Positions 26,213-28,080 of a stretch of 28,080 bases of DNA are shown here, piece by piece. Under the pieces are notes generated by a model, which made no database searches, had not been told where the DNA came from, and saw only the letters and a list, made by a program, of their open reading frames with translations. The translations under genes were made by a program, and so were the position numbers. The stretch's first letter is position 1, and each line of letters opens with the position of its first letter. Origin of the DNA: a virus. Lineage: Duplodnaviria; Caudoviricetes. The stretch is taken from positions 1-28,080 of IMG/VR virus record IMGVR_UViG_3300035396_000739, one strand, 5' to 3'.

Positions 26213-26545
26213 CTAAGGAATTATAAATTTGTAAAAATCTTCGCAACTATTCTGATATACTGTTTTACCATTTAATCTAACCTCCAAACCTGAACAATAG
26301 TTATTTCCGCCTGTTGTGGAAAAGAAATTAAATCCGTGACATTCTAATACATCTCCTGTTTTAACTTTAACAGGACGGTCTCCAAGGTCAAGATTCATAG
26401 TGTAATTATTCAATCTAATCTCATTAATTTCCATTTTATCAAGAGTCATCTCATACTCTTTAATTGTTTTACCTTTTGATGTTTCCTCTTTTTGACAAGA
26501 GAAAAATAATATTAATGCTGCTGTTAATACGATTAATTTTTTCAT
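26213..26545 (-). CDS. Lipoprotein, predicted surface exposed
   Basis: MKKLIVLTAALILFFS-C signal followed by QKEE. Confidence 0.8.
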   Translation of the reverse strand: MKKLIVLTAALILFFSCQKEETSKGKTIKEYEMTLDKMEINEIRLNNYTMNLDLGDRPVKVKTGDVLECHGFNFFSTTGGNNYCSGLEVRLNGKTVYQNSCEDFYKFIIP

Positions 26546-26643
26546 TTGTTTTAATTTTTAATTTCACTTATTATTGATAATATTATAATTACTAAATTTT
26601 CTTTAAAATCTTTTATTTTTTCTTTTAAATTTCCCATTTATTT

Positions 26644-26976
26644 TTAGTTTTTAAAATTATTTAAATAAAGTTTACATACAAACATTAATGGTTTTTGTAA
26701 TGAGCACCACGTTCCTTTTTTAAGTTTTCCACATTTTGCAGGAAGTATAAAAGTTTTATAACCATAATATTTTAATTCTGATATTTTTTTAATTTCATTT
26801 TCACTTATGCTTAAAGAAAAATTTTCTATATGATTTTTATAAAATTTTTCCCTAGGTGTTCTAGGTGTTAAAATTGCATAAATATCACCTTCATAGGAAT
26901 CATCACCAATATCCATATCCAATTCTTCTAAACCACATTCTATTAACATTTCAACTTTAAGTTCATAATTTTTCAT
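26644..26976 (-). CDS. Hypothetical protein
   Basis: 110-aa ORF preceded by the repeated expression cassette. Confidence 0.65.
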   Translation of the reverse strand: MKNYELKVEMLIECGLEELDMDIGDDSYEGDIYAILTPRTPREKFYKNHIENFSLSISENEIKKISELKYYGYKTFILPAKCGKLKKGTWCSLQKPLMFVCKLYLNNFKN

Positions 26977-27004
26977 AACTTTAATTTTTTAATTTTGCAG
27001 GAAT

Positions 27005-27026
27005 ATTCCCAACTTTATTATAAATA
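27005..27026 (-). promoter_or_regulatory. Repeated early promoter/leader element
   Basis: 21/22 identical to 27969-27990 (same as 30-51): TATTTATAATAAAGTYGGGAAT on the - strand. Confidence 0.65.
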
Positions 27027-27094
27027 TGTAAAATTTTTATAAACACAAATTTTTTTACAAACTTTTTTTATGTTTGACAACATATTTTTAACTC

Positions 27095-27478
27095 TTATTT
27101 TTTATTTATCCATTCAAATATTTTATCACTCATTATGAATAATTGGTTTAGTTCAATCTTACCCCCCACAACCAATCCACACGCTTCTTTAACCGCACAT
27201 TGCCTTGCAATACTTCTTTGCTTCTCTGGACTCTCTCCCCCACCCCCAAACCCTTTATTCTGGGGTTTATCAATGTTTAAATACCATTTACTATTTCTTT
27301 GTTCCAACTCATATGAAATTTCGTCATTCTCTTTATATTCACCTTCAATCGTTTTGAAATTTACGTGACCCCATTCGCCATTTTGAAGGTAAATTAGAAA
27401 CTCATACATCTTGCCAAATTTACCTGTCCATTCACGTTTAAATTCGATTTTTACTATTTTACTTCTTTTCTTTTCCAT
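27095..27478 (-). CDS. Putative ssDNA-binding (OB-fold-like) protein
   Basis: Beta-rich N-terminus, Gly linker, KQRSIARQCAVKEA motif recalled from phage SSB-like proteins. Confidence 0.45.
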   Translation of the reverse strand: MEKKRSKIVKIEFKREWTGKFGKMYEFLIYLQNGEWGHVNFKTIEGEYKENDEISYELEQRNSKWYLNIDKPQNKGFGGGGESPEKQRSIARQCAVKEACGLVVGGKIELNQLFIMSDKIFEWINKK

Positions 27479-27636
27479 AATTCATCGTTTTTTAATTTGA
27501 GCAACATCGCTCTTATATTTATAAATACGTAAAAAAAATAAAAAAGATACATAAAAAACAACACCCACCCCCATTTTATTCTACAACCCCCATAAACACT
27601 GTAAAAATATTTTCACTACATAATCGTTCTAAATAA

Positions 27637-27662
27637 AAATAGACACTATTAAGCGTCTATTT
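27637..27662 (-). terminator. Terminator after the 60-aa gene
   Basis: AAATAGAC/GTCTATTT stem with a T tract on the - strand. Confidence 0.55.
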
Positions 27663-27742
27663 CCAATTTCTTGCCTCCAAAATTAACATTCTAATTAATT
27701 TGTCGGCAGACTTTTTCCAAAATTTATATCTCTTTTTCACAA

Positions 27743-27925
27743 TTAAATAAATATTAAGGTTAATACTAAAATCATTAATAACCCCCCAACTAAACCAGCA
27801 ACAGCAAGCAATTTATATTGATTTTTTACAAGCAGTTGGGCTAAAACATAAGCATCACTATACTCATAGTCCATATCAAAAATTAAAAAATTTCTGATTT
27901 TTGATTCTAATTTGTCTTTTTTCAT
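27743..27925 (-). CDS. Small membrane protein
   Basis: C-terminal hydrophobic helix LLAVAGLVGGLLMILVLTLIFI; preceded by the repeated cassette. Confidence 0.6.
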   Translation of the reverse strand: MKKDKLESKIRNFLIFDMDYEYSDAYVLAQLLVKNQYKLLAVAGLVGGLLMILVLTLIFI

Positions 27926-27955
27926 AAGTTTATTTTTTAATAAGTTTATTTTTTA
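27924..27955 (+). repeat. 16-bp tandem duplication ATAAGTTTATTTTTTA
   Basis: 27924-27939 and 27940-27955; duplicates the initiation region of the 60-aa gene. Confidence 0.8.
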
Positions 27956-28080
27956 ATTTGCGAGAAACATTCCCGACTTTATTATAAATAGTACAAAAAA
28001 ATAAAACCCCACAATTTTTGAAACTTTTTTTAAAGTTTTTTTTTGTGGGGTCTTTTTTAAAGTAAACAATGAAAATTATA
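27940..28080 (+). repeat. 141-bp direct repeat of positions 1-141 (circularisation overlap)
   Basis: Sequence reads identical to 1-141. 141 is a common maximum assembler k-mer. Confidence 0.95.

Larger units (their letters stand above)
1..28080. mobile_element. Complete (circularly assembled) siphovirus-like Caudoviricetes genome, probable Bacteroidota host
   Basis: Terminase, portal, capsid, protease, tail tube, tape measure and lysin genes are present, and the window ends are directly repeated. Confidence 0.93.

Noticed and set aside
27135-27368. + strand 77-aa ORF
   Set aside because: Antisense shadow of the SSB-like gene
68-27787. G-runs as G-quadruplexes or phase-variation tracts
   Set aside because: Runs are mostly isolated, about 200 bp apart rather than in clusters of four, are 7 nt or shorter, and all affected ORFs are intact
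27940-28080. Terminal repeat as a biological direct terminal repeat or att site
   Set aside because: It is exactly 141 bp, matching a common assembler k-mer overlap, and it cuts arbitrarily into the end of the antirepressor gene
1-28080. CRISPR array, diversity-generating retroelement, retron or invertible system
   Set aside because: No regularly spaced repeats, reverse transcriptase (YxDD) motif, template/variable repeat pair or recombinase seen
1-28080. Stop-codon reassignment
   Set aside because: Genes tile densely under the standard code, TAA, TAG and TGA all end genes, and the only tRNA is not a suppressor

Overview
The window is an apparently complete, very AT-rich tailed-phage genome of about 27,939 bp. 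Bases 27940-28080 repeat bases 1-141, most likely an assembly circularisation overlap. The host is probably Bacteroidota: there are no Shine-Dalgarno motifs, initiation regions are A-rich, a TAnnTTTG element is present and one lipoprotein has a C-QKEE signal. The + arm (4359-26150) carries a PD-(D/E)xK nuclease, a sigma-like factor, terminases, a tail-terminator/fibre fusion, lysis enzymes, siphovirus-type tail genes, protease-scaffold, capsid, tail tube, portal, adaptor, a holin candidate and tRNA-Cys. The - arm (26213-27925 and 137-3659) carries accessory genes, an SSB-like gene, a double-HTH antirepressor and a PolA/T7-RNAP-superfamily (TV-Pol-like) polymerase, which is the only replication enzyme I recognise. 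I see no integrase, helicase or DnaG primase. The main unexplained signals are: (1) genome-wide enrichment of G4-7/C4-6 runs produced by synonymous codon choice, together with apparent GATC avoidance; (2) GC-rich structured elements on both sides of the polymerase gene; (3) an exact bipartite late-promoter motif, AAAC-N14-TATAATTTATAAA, that may be read by the phage sigma-like factor. All protein calls come from motif recognition by eye, not database searches.
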